This document shows positions 1 to 14,155 of a stretch of DNA of 64,000 nucleotides, in pieces. The translations under genes and the position numbers were made by a program. The stretch is taken from contig OX597817.1 of assembly GCA_951406725.2 (NCBI GenBank), positions 58,342,001-58,406,000 of the forward strand, written 5' to 3'. Positions within the stretch are counted from its first letter, which is position 1. Every line of letters starts with the position of its first letter. The notes below the pieces were generated by a model, which saw only the letters and a program-made list of their open reading frames with translations, had not been told where the DNA came from and searched no databases. Source of the DNA: Octopus vulgaris (lineage: Eukaryota).

Positions 1-1078
1 AACAACTCGATCTGTCACGAACCTGTTTCAACTGGCATTGAGTTCGTTATTGATTTCGTTTTCTTGTAGAAGAAAACAAATCCACTTGGAATCAATTCCT
101 CACCTTGCGGTGCGATTGGATGGCAGCTATTAAGTCTCTACTATTTCTAAATATCTTTTTACCTTTATTTTATTTTTTCTTACATTCATCATACATAATA
201 ATCATTGTAAAAGACTCGTCTTATCTTAAATATAGTTTCTTAATAAGCAAAGTCACTAATTATCTCCACCACCGCAACCACCACTTGAAAGTACTAAATG
301 ACTAAAAAAAAATTGTTTTAAAAGATTTCTATTTGTCTTTATTAAAATTACACTGTAATTAAAATAATATAGTTTACTGTATTTATTAATTCATTACTAG
401 TCACAGTGTTCTATTTATAGCCATTTATAATAGGATTAATTGCTTTTTTTTTAAATCTGTGATTTATTTATTCAATTAATCCAGGAACGACTGTTGTTAC
501 ATTGGTAGATTTTTGTAGTTTTTCTCCATCTGTGAGTCAGCTGACGAGAGAGATCGTTAATTTAATAAAAGACGATTGACATGATAATACAACAGCAGTA
601 GGAATCTGATAGCTGAGTGTGTTTATGGTGTTGTTGCTTGTTTTTGCTGCTGTTGGCATAAAATATAACGAGTTGAAGAGGTTTCCTCTACTCTTCGCAT
701 AAAATATCTGCTGGAACACTGTCAAACAAAAAGTTCACCGCTATTTCGAGAGAGATTCGCTTCGATAATCAAATAAAGCCTGTGTATGAGATATTGATTT
801 CGTTATAAAGTTAGCAGCTACCTCTTGTTGTTTAGCATCATTTCAGCTCTGCCTGAGCACACCTATGACCAAATGCATCTCAGACGTGACCATTCCATCT
901 GTTTTATATATATCGGTTCAGGTGTGATTATGTGGAAGAAGTTTGCTTCCTAGCCACGCGGTTTCTTGTTCAGTCCCGTTCGTGATACTTTAGGCAAGCG
1001 TCTTCTGCTGCAGCCCTGAGCCGACCAAAACCTTGTGAGTGGATTTGGTCGATGGAAACTGAAAGAATCCTGTGTGTG

Positions 1079-1439
1079 TTAGCAGTTGGACCCGGCGTTG
1101 CTCCTGTTTTCCGTGTTGAAGTTAAGCTCACCTCTGACCTTGTAATTGAATAAGCATTTCCTTAGAGACTATTCTATCGATTTTGTTGAAATTTTACACC
1201 CGAAAAAATGCAAAAGCTGCAGGAAATATAACATCAGTTTGGAAATTTCCATTGAAACGCCCAATTGAGCTCACAAAAATCGATGCCAACTGAGCATTAT
1301 TGAGTTTTCAAAAAAATTTCGGCCTTATTTGAATTTCAGGGCATATGCTCTACCTATGTGCCAAAAATCATTAAAATCAGTTGTATGGTGTGGGAGGAGT
1401 TAGAGTAACCCCAAACAGACAGATACCATTACACATTTA

Positions 1440-1440
<1 letters not shown>
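1079..1440 (-). mobile_element. Non-autonomous Helitron-like element
   Basis: Minus-strand 3' end caggagcaacgccggg...ctgCTAA (subterminal hairpin plus CTRR); resembles the 3' end of the 19418-19809 element. Confidence 0.5.
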
Positions 1441-1478
<38 letters not shown>

Positions 1479-1984
1479 ATACTGAGAGAATAATTTTATA
1501 CTCAGGTAGCAGTTTAAAGCCAGTTCTCAGTATTTGGCTACCTGATATCAACAACAATACGGAGATATATGTCTCTGAATTTACTTTGGGAATTGCTTTG
1601 TGTCTAGAATTTATATAAAAAGTGACAGAGAATGGAATTTAATTTGACTCTTTATTCAGAACCATTTACAATTGTTTTGACTCATCATGTACCTGGACCT
1701 TCAAAGAAGTACCTTGTTTTTGACCTGCTGTTTTGACTTGCTACAATGGCTAGAATTGTGCTGTTATAGAAATAAGTAATACAGCAAATGAAAAACATGT
1801 GGCATATTTTTGAAAAGTCACCTGAGGTGATGCATCTGCACCTGTAATGCATGGCAATTGATTGTACAGCATCTCACCTGTAAGTTACAGGTGCACAATA
1901 AGCCGAAATGATTGTAGTGGTTTTGAATAAAGGGTCTTGTGAATTCCAGTTTCTGCCTCTTGTCTTTTTATATATATATCAAAT

Positions 1985-2418
1985 TTGATGACTGGCATCC
2001 GTGCTAGTGGAGCGCTAAGAGCACCATCTGAGCATGATCGTTGCCAAAGCAACAAACTGGCATGTAAAAAGCACTATTCGAGCATGATCGTCACCTTACT
2101 GGCACTTGTGGTGGTGGCACGTGAAAAAACATTTGAGCGAGGTTGTTGCCAGTGCCACTGGACTGGCTCCTGTGCAGGTGGCAGATAAAAAACACCATTT
2201 GAGCATGGCTGTTGCCAGTACCTCCTGACTGGCCCTTGTGCTGGAGGTATGTAAAAGCTCCCACTACACTCTTGGAGTGGTTGGTGTTAGGAAGGGCATC
2301 CAGCTGTAGAAACTCTGCCAGATCAAGATAGGAGCCTGGTGCAGCCATCTGGTTCGCCAGTCCTCAGTCAAATTGTCCAACCCATGCTAGCATGGAAAGC
2401 AGACGTTAAACGACGATG
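1985..2418 (+). mobile_element. RTE-LINE 3' UTR/tail fragment
   Basis: Internal ggcacgtgaaaaa-type repeats followed by ggttggtgttaggaagggcatccagctgtagaaac...ccaacccatgctagcatggaaagc...gacgatg, matching the 3' end of the RTE at 46697-47250. Confidence 0.75.
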
Positions 2419-3829
2419 TATGTGTTGTGTGTTAGTCTCTGCTTGCCTTGACTTTCAGAGATAGTTGTAAACGAGTGTCACTGTTGTGCAAGCAGTGTCC
2501 GTCATTTCTAATCTTCCATGAAAACCTGCCTGGTCATGGGGAAATTAAAATGACCTTATTTAGAACTGGGTAAGTGTTGGTAACAGAAAGGGCATCCAGC
2601 TGCAGCAAATCTGCCTCAACAACTTCTGTCCAACCCATGTAAACATGGAAAAGTGGACACTAGAATAAGGCAACGTAATACATTAGGATCTTGTTAAATC
2701 ACTTCCAACCACAAGCTTTTCAGAGTTTCCATAGATTATAGTAAAAAAATGTTGTGATGTAGTTTTTCATGCTGATGAAATTTTCCTACAAATTAATAAA
2801 AAAATTAAGAGCATTTAAAATGATGTACTTTTAACCAACCTAAGCCTCAGTGGCCATATATACTAGATATCCTGGCTGTTTGTCTCCATGGGAACAGCAG
2901 CACACATGAAACCTTTATGGTTTCTTGGCCTACTAGAAATAGTGGCTAAATCTTTCTTAAACTACACCACGATGTCTTGAGAACAAAAAGGAAGACATCT
3001 TGTGCCATAGCATTGTGTATTTCTTTGCTTGAGGCAGGCCCAAGTGGTTTCCACTTCATCATATGTCTCTCTTCCATACTGGATGGGTTATCACAGTTTG
3101 ACTGGAGCTGGAGAACCAGAGAGCTGAAACCAGGCTCCATTGTTCACTTTGGCATGGATGCTCTTTGTAATGTCAACCACTTCACAGAATGTACTGGGAG
3201 CTTTTTATGTGGCACTGGCACCAGTAGGGTTGCCAAGTAACGTGTGAAACGAAGACCTCTCAGCTGGGAGAGGGAGTGGAACTGTGGAAGTGTCCTTGTA
3301 CCAGGTGAGAGGATAGAGTATAAGAGAGGGAAAGATAGAGGTGGCTTACTTTAAAGGAGATACTTGGCTACCATAGTGGGAAAGGAGAGGAGAGGAAGGA
3401 GAGATAATTAGAAAGATAAACACTCTGTGAGAGAGAGAGAGAGAGAGAGAAAGTGAAATAGATGGTGTTTAAGTGAAAGTTAGTCTCTATGAATGAAACT
3501 TTTTGAAAACTCAAAACCCTTAAAACATTGGGCCACACAGATGAATTTTAAATGTACTTCCCCTTTTCTTGTGATATACTTGTAAACAAAGTTTGAAAGA
3601 AGTGATGGTGGAGAAAGAATTGGTAACCAATGTTATTATATGAAGTATAGTGTTGATGATGATGGTATATCGTTCTCCACCACCAAATCTTGTAAAACAA
3701 TTTACTGTAAGAGAAAGTACATTTAATATTGCAATGTGGGACCCACTCCTTGTCCATTAAGTTTATGCTGTTGATATCTGAGCAAGATGACAAAAAGTTG
3801 GATCTTCAGGTCTCTGGTCCTCTCTGTAT

Positions 3830-4135
3830 TGCTCTGCTTGTTCAAGAGATTGTAAAAGAGACTGGGCATTGGAGAGAGACTCACTGATAAGAGCGATGTC
3901 GTCAGCAAAGTCAGTGTCTGTTGGGTGTCTGGAACTTCTAGGTTTTATTTCAAAACCCTTGCTAGAAATGGTATCAACTGACATATGTAGCACATAGTCT
4001 CCTACCCTGATGTAATCTCCAGGGATACAGGCATCCAGCAACAGGACCTCCATAATGCTATGATGGACCGTGAAGTCTGGCGTAACATAGTAAATTCCAT
4101 TGTCTTGACCATGGTCGAACAATGATGATAATGAT
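3830..4135. mobile_element. RTE-type LINE remnant with inverted 5' part
   Basis: Minus strand 3830-4005: DTDFADDIALISESLSNAQSLLQSLEQA (RT FADD). Plus strand 4008-4135: DVISRDTGIQQQDLHNAMMDREVWRNIV, then tgatgat tail. Confidence 0.7.
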
Positions 4136-5739
4136 TGCTCTGCAGTCATGAATACTCTGTGTCCGGAGCCCTTAGGGGCTGCCTGAACTCTGGTACCAGG
4201 ACCCTTCACAGGGTTATTAGTTATGTGTATGATTCGTAAATGTCAGCTTAGACTGGTAATTTTCTTGATTTTCCTGAGTTGGATCCTGTATATCACATTC
4301 TCTTCTCTGAGGATCCGCATGAGGTGACGGCTTGTATTGGTCAGTCACATGTTACATGGTCATCGTTGGGGAAGAAGTATTTCATGGACACAGGAACTGA
4401 CAGGGGCACAGTTTGGAAGGTTGCCCCGGATGATCTGAGCAGATACTGACAAGTGGTGGATGCAGTGACGATTGTATTATCACATGCCTCCATATCTGGT
4501 TTGACCTGTAAGTATTTTAAGGGGTGTAAGTTCAATAAAGATTTCATCCCCAGAAACTGACATTAATTTCAATGTGATGAAGTGGGCTCCATCACAGATT
4601 TTCTCTATCCAGTTTCACTCATAAGAATTCGGACAAACCCAGCCTGTGATAAAAGACCAAGATGCCACACAGTGAGATTGAACCCATGACATTGCGATTT
4701 AAAATTACAATAACCACCCAGCCAAGCCTGTGACTATAATCTATATCATCATCATCATCATTATAACATTTACTTTTCCATGTTTGCATGGTCTGGACAA
4801 AATTCATTCTACCGCCAGATGGCCTTCCTGTTGCCCACCCTCACCTCTTTACAATTAAGCTGTTCTCTCCCCATCGCTGGACATGTTTACCATGAAAGAT
4901 TTGAAACAAAGGAAATGACTTGTACGTTGATGTCATTCACATCATAGCAATCACATAATGTCACGGTAAAGACACAACACCTTGCACAGGTAGAAGACAC
5001 CTGGTCTTCCACTATAGCCTCAGGCCAACCAAAGCCTTGTGAGTGGATTTAGTAGATGGAAACTGGAAGAAGCCTGCCCTATTTAATATATATGTGTGTG
5101 CGTGCCTGTCTGTCTGTGTTTGTATCCCATCACCACTTGGCAACCAGGGTTGGTGTGTTTATGTCCTTGTAACTTAGCGCTTTGGCAAAAGAACTGATAA
5201 AATAAGTACCAGAATTTAAAAAAATTAAGTATTGTGAGGTTGCCCCAGTATGGCCGCAGTCTAGTGACTGAAACAAATAAAAGACACACACACACAACAG
5301 GCTTTTTTCAGTTTCCCTCTCCCAAATCCACTCTCAAGGCTTTGGTTGGCCTGAAGCTATAGTAGAAGACACTTGCCCAAATACCTGAAGTGCAACATTG
5401 TCATTGTTATCATCATCATCATCATCATCATGATCATCCTCATCACCATCATTATTATCATCATTATCATCATCATATCATCATCATCATCATCAAGGGC
5501 AGCGGCTTGGTAGAATCACTTGAGTATCAGACAAAACACTTTGTAATATTTCTTCCAGCTCTTTATGTTGTGAGTTCAAATCCTGCAAAGGTAACGTTGC
5601 CTGTCATTCTTCTGAGACTGATAAAGTACCAGTAAAGTATTGGGGTTGAAGGTATCAACTACTCACTTTCCCTTGAAACTTGTTGCCAGTGTTCTAAATC
5701 AAAAACTATTATTATTTTTCTCCATTTCACATGCTCAGG

Positions 5740-5900
5740 TTAATTCTGTAAGAAGAGGCAGCAATCTCTTCTCAAAGGTCTCACAGGGTCTCTTTCCACG
5801 ATGCTTAACACCCAAGTACCAATCTCAAATCCTCGCTGTTCCCAATAAAGCAGTTTTCTGAGCATGTTCTACCCTCATTTCAATCCCAATTTCTCCAAAA
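5740..5900 (-). mobile_element. R4/Dong-type (RLE) retroelement C-terminal fragment
   Basis: Minus strand encodes IGIEMRVEHAQKTALLGTARI, the typical C-terminal motif. Confidence 0.6.
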
Positions 5901-6080
5901 AATTTCTCAGATCAGTTCACTACACTCTTGGAGTGGTTGGCGTTAGGAAGGGCATCTAGCTGTAGAAACCTTGCCAGATCAGATTGGAGCCTGGTGCAGC
6001 CTTCTGGATTGCCCAGTCCTCAGTCAAACCGTCAAACCTATGCCAGCATGGAAAACTTACGTTAAATAATGATGATGATT

Positions 6081-6555
6081 ACTTACATTTGACAGATATT
6101 TGTCCTCATCATGTTTGTTGTTAACACAACGTTTCGGCTGATATACCCTCCAGCCTTCATCAGGTGTCTTGGGGAAATTTCGAACCTGGGTTCTCATTCC
6201 TAAGGTATTTTTCCATGTTATTATTATTGTCACTGCCTGGAATCGAACTTGGAATCTTGGGGTTAGTAGCCCACACTCTTAACCACTACACCATATGCCT
6301 GGCATATGGCATTGTAGTTTAAGAGTGTGGGTTGCTGACCCCAAGATTCCGAGTTCGACTCCAGGCAGTGACCTGAATAATAATAATAATAATAACATGG
6401 AAAAATACCTTAGGAATGAGAACCCAGGTTCGAAATTTCCCCAAGACACCTGATGAAGGTTGGAGGGTATATCAGCCAAAATATTGTGTTAACAACAAAC
6501 ATGTTGAGGACAAATATCCATCAAATGTAAATAATTCCTCATCTCTTAAATATAT
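6081..6555. mobile_element. Palindromic non-coding element: two head-to-head tRNA-like heads, each followed by (AAT)n and a hammerhead-like core
   Basis: Arms are reverse complements around ccatatgcc-t-ggcatatgg (centre 6300); second copy at 49155-49690. Confidence 0.8.
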
Positions 6556-7149
6556 GATGATGATGAGTTATTATTATCATGGAGTGGGAGGGCAATGCAT
6601 GCCATCAAAATGACACTGGGGTACAAATATATGAAGCCTGATATACCCGTCATGACTACTCACCTGATAAGGGTACACCAGGTGCATGCATCACAACTAT
6701 GTGTGTGATATGGTGTGTAGCCCATCCCATTCAAAAGGTGGTCCCTGAATAAGGTTTGTTTAAGGATGATGAACGAAACACCCATGTTTCCAGAAGCCCG
6801 TCAAAGTGGCACTGGCATTGGCCACATTTGGATGGTGCTTTTTACGTGTTACCAGCATGGGGCTCACAACTACAATTTCCATTTGATTTGATTTTGATGT
6901 TGATGTACTTGACTCAAAAGGTCTCCTCAAGCACAGCATGTCACCCTACAATCCATGGTACTTCTGAGTGGGCTGGTTATGTGACACTGGTGTAGGTTAC
7001 AGCTGTGAACTCACTTTATTTGCTGGGTCTTCTCAGTATTGTATCAAGGTATTATTATTATTATTATTATCATTATTTCTGCTTCTATAAGCAACTCATC
7101 ATTATCATCATCGTTTAACGTCCATTTTCCATGCCGGCATGGGTTGGAC

Positions 7150-8060
7150 GGTTTGGGAGAATTAATGCCACTATTGGCAACCAGCTAGAAATTCTACCAC
7201 TGCTGGCTGCTGGTAAGGATTTCTATTGGAACTCCTAGCCAGCTGGGAGAATTTTTGATACTGCTGGCAGCTGAGAGGCAAAATTTGAATGTTACTTCCA
7301 GCTGGTTGGCAGAATTTCTATGTTCACTAGAAGCAGTGGGAAGAATTCTACTGGCAGCTGGCTAGGAGAATTGTAACAGTGACTGTCAGTCGGTTTGGGG
7401 GATTTTTACTGCAACTGACAGCTGACAGAAAATTTCAGCGGCAACTGGTAGTTAGCTGGGAGTGCTTCTGCTGCAATTTGCAGTCGGCTGGAAGAAGTTT
7501 TACTAGCTGCTGGTTGGAAGAATTTCTTGGAAAATTTCTGCTACTCCTGCCATTAAGCTGGGAAAATTTCTGCTACTGACATCCTGCTGGAAGAATTTCC
7601 ATTGCTACTAGCAGCCAACTGAAAGAATTTCTATTGTTACTGGCCATTGCCTTGAAGAATTTCTGATTATACAGAAATGTGTTGGGCAGAATTTTAATTG
7701 CTACTGACTTCTGACTCTGGGAAAATTTCTGTAGCAGCTAACTGGGAGAATATCTACTGTTACTGGCACCCAGTCGGAAGAATTTTTGTTATTACTAGCA
7801 ACCAATTACGAGGAATTCTGTTGCTACTGGCAACCAGCTGGGAGAATTTCTACTGCAGCTGATACTGGCTGGGAAAATTTCTTTTGCTGCTGGTAGCTGA
7901 CTGGGAGAAATTCTACTGCTGCCAGCAGCCAGGGGGGAGATTTTCTGCAGTTACTTGCAACTGGTAGGGAGAATTATCTGGAAAATTATATGTTGCACTG
8001 ACAGCCACTGAGAAGGTCTGTTGTTCCTGGCAGCTGACTGGAAGAATTTCTACTCCAACT
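7150..8060 (+). repeat. Degenerate ~30-35 bp minisatellite array
   Basis: Recurrent ggcagccagctgggagaatttctactgctact-like units. Confidence 0.75.
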
Positions 8061-8564
8061 AGAGAGAAGTTGGATGCAATAGGGGACAGCACAGGCAATG
8101 TGAGAGGTGAGCAGTGTGTGAGGGACGTACAGTGCCAGGGATGAGATCAGAGGTATAAAGGTGTGGAAATAAAGATGAACATAAGTAGTTAGCAGGATGG
8201 AAGGGTGTAAAGAGGAAAAGTGGAGATGAAAGCAGTGTTCAGTGGAAAATAAGGCAGCAATTTCTCAATATTGAGAATGAGACAAAATGGTTCCAGGATG
8301 GGGGCGGGTGGGGGTGTAACATGGCCGGGGTTGAAATATGGGTAGTTCCACCGTTATATAATTGCAGCAACTGAGTGAATAGAGCGATATTCAGAAGAGT
8401 GATGGTGGGGTGGGTGCTAGGAAGATGAGTTGTGTGTGGTGGGGTGGATTTGTCTGGGACAGATTGGGTACAGAAGCGTAGGTGTAGCTTTCAGATCTTC
8501 AGTTTTGCTGAGATGGACAATTCTTCATAAGCCCAGCAAATTTGCAATCATCTTAATTTGGTAT

Positions 8565-9726
8565 TCTTTCGATATGACTCGACAACATCAAAACACTTCA
8601 ATTCAGCTGTTTCTGTGAAAGTACATGTCTGTATCTTGTCAACTGTTGACGAAATGGGAGAAGAAGAAAGCTAATGTGTTTTACGTGTGTGCGTGCATGC
8701 TTGTTCACTTGTTCTTGTTTGTGTGTGTGTGTGTGTGTCATTTATGTCATCATCATCATCATCATTGTTTAACGTCCGCTTTCCATGCTAGCATGAGTTG
8801 GATGATTTGACTGAGGTCTGGTAAACAAGATGGCTGCACCAGGCTTCAATCTTGATCTGGCAGAGTTTCTACAGCTGGATGCCCTTCCTAACGCCAACCA
8901 CTCCGAGAGTGGAATATAGATATAACGAAATTATGCCAGCAATGCCACATTTTAAACTTGAAGAAAAAATGCCTTGCATATTTGTTCTTACCTGCTTCAT
9001 GTGCGTATGTAAAATCCGTAAATTTCCAAGCAGGAAACAATAGTCCATGTTTTTTTTTAATCACTAAAGCACAGAAATATTACAACATGCATGGAGAAAA
9101 GGAGGGACCATACAATGCATTTTACGGATTTTACATACACACATGAAGCAGGTAAGAACAAATATGCAAGGCTTTTTTCCTTCAAGTTTAAAATGTGACA
9201 TTTCTGGCTATATCTATATTCCACAACACATCATCATCATCATCATCGTTTAACTTCCGTTTTCCATGCTAGCATGGGTTGGACGGTTCAGCCAGGGTCT
9301 GAGAAACGAGGAGGCTGCACCAGGCTCCTGTCTGATCTGGCAGTCTTTCTACAGCTGGATGCCCTTCCTAACGCCAACCACTGCGTGAGTGTAGTGGGTG
9401 CTTTTTACGTGCTACCGGCACAGGGGCCAGAGGAGGCTGGCAAGTGGCCACAATCAGTTGGTGCTTTTTATGTGTCACTAACACAGACGCCAGTCAGGCG
9501 GTGCTGGCATCAGCCACATTTGGATGGTGCTTTTTACATAAATACATAAACACAGAACAGGCACACACACAGACAAGAACAAGTGAACAAGCATGCACAC
9601 ACACACATATAACCCATTAGCTTTCTTCTCCTCCAATTTTGTCAACAGTTGACCAGATACAGACACATGCTTTTGCGGAAACAGCCAAATTGAAGTGTTT
9701 TGACTTTGTCGAGTCATATCAAAAGA
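8565..9726. repeat. Nested inverted repeats
   Basis: Outer arms ~8565-8740 / 9560-9726; inner arms ~8910-9022 / 9119-9225; two RTE tails in between. Confidence 0.85.
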
Positions 9727-10194
9727 AAACCATCTCAGTCCTTTATCTTTATGAGACTCAACATGTGGAGGTCATTATTCAATACTTCATTCTATATCTT
9801 CCTGAGTTTCTTCCCTCCACAGGTTCCATTCCATACTTAGTGACTGACATTTCTTTAAGGCAGCAAGCTGGTAGAATGGTTAGCATGCTGAGTGGTATTT
9901 CGTCTGCTGCTATGTTCTGAGTTCAAATTCCGCCGAGGTCAACTTTGCCGTTCATCCTTTCGGAGTTGATTAAATAAGCACCAGTTACGCATTGGGGTTG
10001 ATGTAATCAACTTAATCCGTTTGTCTGTTATTGTTTGCCCCCTCTATGTTTAGCCCCTTGTGGGCAATAAAGAATTAAATTTCTTTATGCAGCTGTCCTC
10101 ATCCATACACAGAAACATCATATAATCTGCCTTTCATTCTGGTGGAGAGACCCTTTGTTACCAACTAAAGTAAAAGCTCTCTAAACTTTCTCTA

Positions 10195-10585
10195 GCCAGT
10201 GTTTTATGATGCTGGAAAGGTCGTTTATGTAGATTGTAAAGAGGAGCGGGCCCACTGGTGACTTTTGCTGGGCTTCAGAGGACTCCATCGACCACAACAT
10301 GTTGTGTTCTATCCTCCAGGAAATACTCAATCCAGTGTAGAAATTTTCCGTAGATTCTAACATTTGCCAGTTTTGAGAGTAAGAACACTTTATTGTAGAA
10401 CACTTTACTGAAGTCAAGATATATGACATCAGAGTTAGAACCTGTTCCCAGGGCTTTATGTATATCCTCAATGTAGTGTATGAGCTGTGTTAGACAGTCT
10501 CTGCCACAGTGAAAGCCATGTTGATTTGCATTTAGGAGTTTGTGGATCTCCAGGAAGCCAGCTATCCTTGATCTTAACACTCTTT
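10195..10585 (-). pseudogene. CR1-clade LINE reverse transcriptase fragment
   Basis: NANQHGFHCGRDCLTQL...DVIYLDFSKVF...WIEYFLEDRTQHVVVDG; GPLLFTIYINDL in a shifted frame. Confidence 0.85.
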
Positions 10586-11418
10586 CAAATACATATATAT
10601 GTATATGTATTTATATGTATATGTATCTATATATATATATATATATATGTATGTGTATTTATATGTATATGTATCTATATATATATATGTATGTGTATTT
10701 ATATGTATATGTATCTATATATATATATATGTATGTGTATTTATATGTATATGTATCTATATATGTATTTATATGTATATGTATTTATATATATATGTAT
10801 ATGTGTAGAGATGTGTCTGGGTGTATTCATGTGTGTGTGAGTTTCTGTGTGGATGTGTGGGTTTAGGGTTAGATGTGGATGTGTATGTTTTGCTTGTGCG
10901 GTGTGGTGGAGGTTGAAAGGCTCTCAATTGACCAACCGTGAGGAAGATAATGATAATTTTAAATTCAAATCCAATAGTGTATTTATGTCATAAGGAAAAT
11001 TACTAACTGGAACCCGGACATACATATATACCACTCTGGATCCTAATGTAAGCGTTATTAATAATATTATGAATGATAATAATGGTAACATTAATGGTAT
11101 TGACAACGATAATGATGCTAACTTTAATGACACTTTAGAAATTAGTATGAAGTAATATAATGTACTATTGACTATGTATATTTGCATCTAGGTACTAATT
11201 TGTGTATGTTTATTATCACAATATTAAGTCGAAAAATTGAGACATTGAGTGTGGAACACATATATGTTTACTAATTTATATTATTTATTTATATCATTAT
11301 GTATATGTATATTTTTATATGTATAAGAGTGTGAGTATATGCACTCATATGTATATGTATATGTTGTATTATGGGTATGTACCCACACCCATGTGGGTAT
11401 ATATGTAGACTGATTTAT

Positions 11419-11558
11419 ATTACATAATCTCTGAAGCGGCCTTATGATATTTTTGTAAATGACTCATTTATATCTATATATTGACCTACCATAAAAGGCT
11501 AATATTGGTAAAATGAGACATATTTATCTACATGGCCGAAACAGCTGTAAGATGTAAT
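11419..11558 (+). ncRNA. Type I hammerhead-ribozyme-like motif (Penelope pLTR type)
   Basis: atct-CTGAAGC-ggcc-[~90 nt]-ggcc-GAAAC-agct-GTA-agat: stems I and II, palindromic stem III and a GUA site; one core deviation (A9 to C). Confidence 0.6.
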
Positions 11559-11959
11559 CTATGCTTATATTTATATTTATATTCTCTTTTTTATATATAT
11601 TCTACTTATTATACAACATTACTCTTTTATGTACACTTTTTTATGTACATTCCTTTATGTACACTGATTTGTTCTGCTTTTTATATTTAACCCTACAGTC
11701 TCATATGTGGTGGTTTAATAAAGTATGTGATTGAGTATTATCTGGTAACTGATATTTGATTTAGATGTATTTCTCCATTTTCTTATCTTGTATTAGTAAT
11801 TTGTGGTAAATCATTTTACCTTTGCCCATATAATACAGTAAATGAATTGATTGCATCGCAATCATTAACATTTATGTATTAACTTTGTTGGGTACTTCAC
11901 TAGCAGTATATTGGATGTATGTTATCCCATGGAGGGTTGCATTTACAACCCCTATCTCA

Positions 11960-12019
<60 letters not shown>

Positions 12020-12394
12020 CTATGTATTTATATATCATCATCATGATTGTTTAATGTCTGCTTTCCATGCTAGCATGGGTTGGACAATTTGACTGAGGAC
12101 TGGCAAACCTGATGGCTGCACCAGGCTCCAATCTGATCTGGCAGAGTTTCTACAGCTGGATGCCCTTCCTAACGCCAACCACTCCAAGAGTGTAGTGGGT
12201 ACTTTTACGTGCAACTGGCATGAGGGCCAGTCAAGCGGTACTGGCAATGGCCAGGCTCAAATGGTGTTTTTTATGTGCCAGCAGCACTGGCAATGACCTC
12301 GCTCGAATATTTTTCAAATGGCACTGGCACAGTGCCAGTAAGGCGATGCTGGTAACGATTACGCTCAAATGGTGCTTTTTACATGCCACCGGGT

Positions 12395-13380
<986 letters not shown>

Positions 13381-14155
13381 ACTCGTATATGCATACACAC
13401 ACACTGGTGTTACTTGGTTTATGTAGTGCATTGATTGTGTGAGTCTCCAGGCAAATAAAAATGATGTAAATCAAAAGGAATACATTTTTAATGGTTTTAT
13501 CAATAGAAATGAAAAAAAAAATATGCTAACAAAATTGAGACGATTATGCATTGAAATGGAGATAAGTACAATTATTTCATGTAAGTACAATTATCATCAT
13601 CATCATCGTTGTTTTAATGTCAACTGGCTCAGACAGAATTTTGTTGGGGTAGATTATTCTAAGGTTGGATGCTCTCCCTGCCACCAACCTTCAGTTGTTT
13701 CCATGTAAGGTAATATTTTCCATGGCTGGACATGTTTCCATAGAAGATTGGAACTGGAGACCCCTTGAATGACAGTGATGCTCGTTTACAGCCGTAACCT
13801 GATGTGAAGACAAGGAGACATCTCTCTCAAATCCGTTTAAACGAGAATGTAAAAAAGGAGAAAGCAAAGTCTTCAGTATGAGTATGTGGTTTGTGGGGTC
13901 AACCGCGTCCTCCGTTTCATTTTTTGTAAATCACTCATTCTCATTTAATTGTTTGTTTATTCATACGTTTCGTCTCATTCGATACCCTGACCCCAATGTT
14001 TGTTTTGTCTGTCCTCGTATCATCCCCTCTTTTTCTCAGGGGTGAATAAAGAAATACCCTCTCTCGCTCTGTCTGTCTGTCTCTCTCTCTCTCTCACATA
14101 CATTGTGAGTGGATTTTGTAGGCAAAAACTGAAAGTAGCCTGTCGTATATATATG

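Noticed and set aside
3763-4209. 148 aa ORF as a host gene
   Set aside because: Chimera of an RT fragment and the antisense of an RTE 3' end.
13451-13580. Candidate first coding exon
   Set aside because: Donor is phase 1 in the open frame but exon A needs phase 0; no supporting motif.
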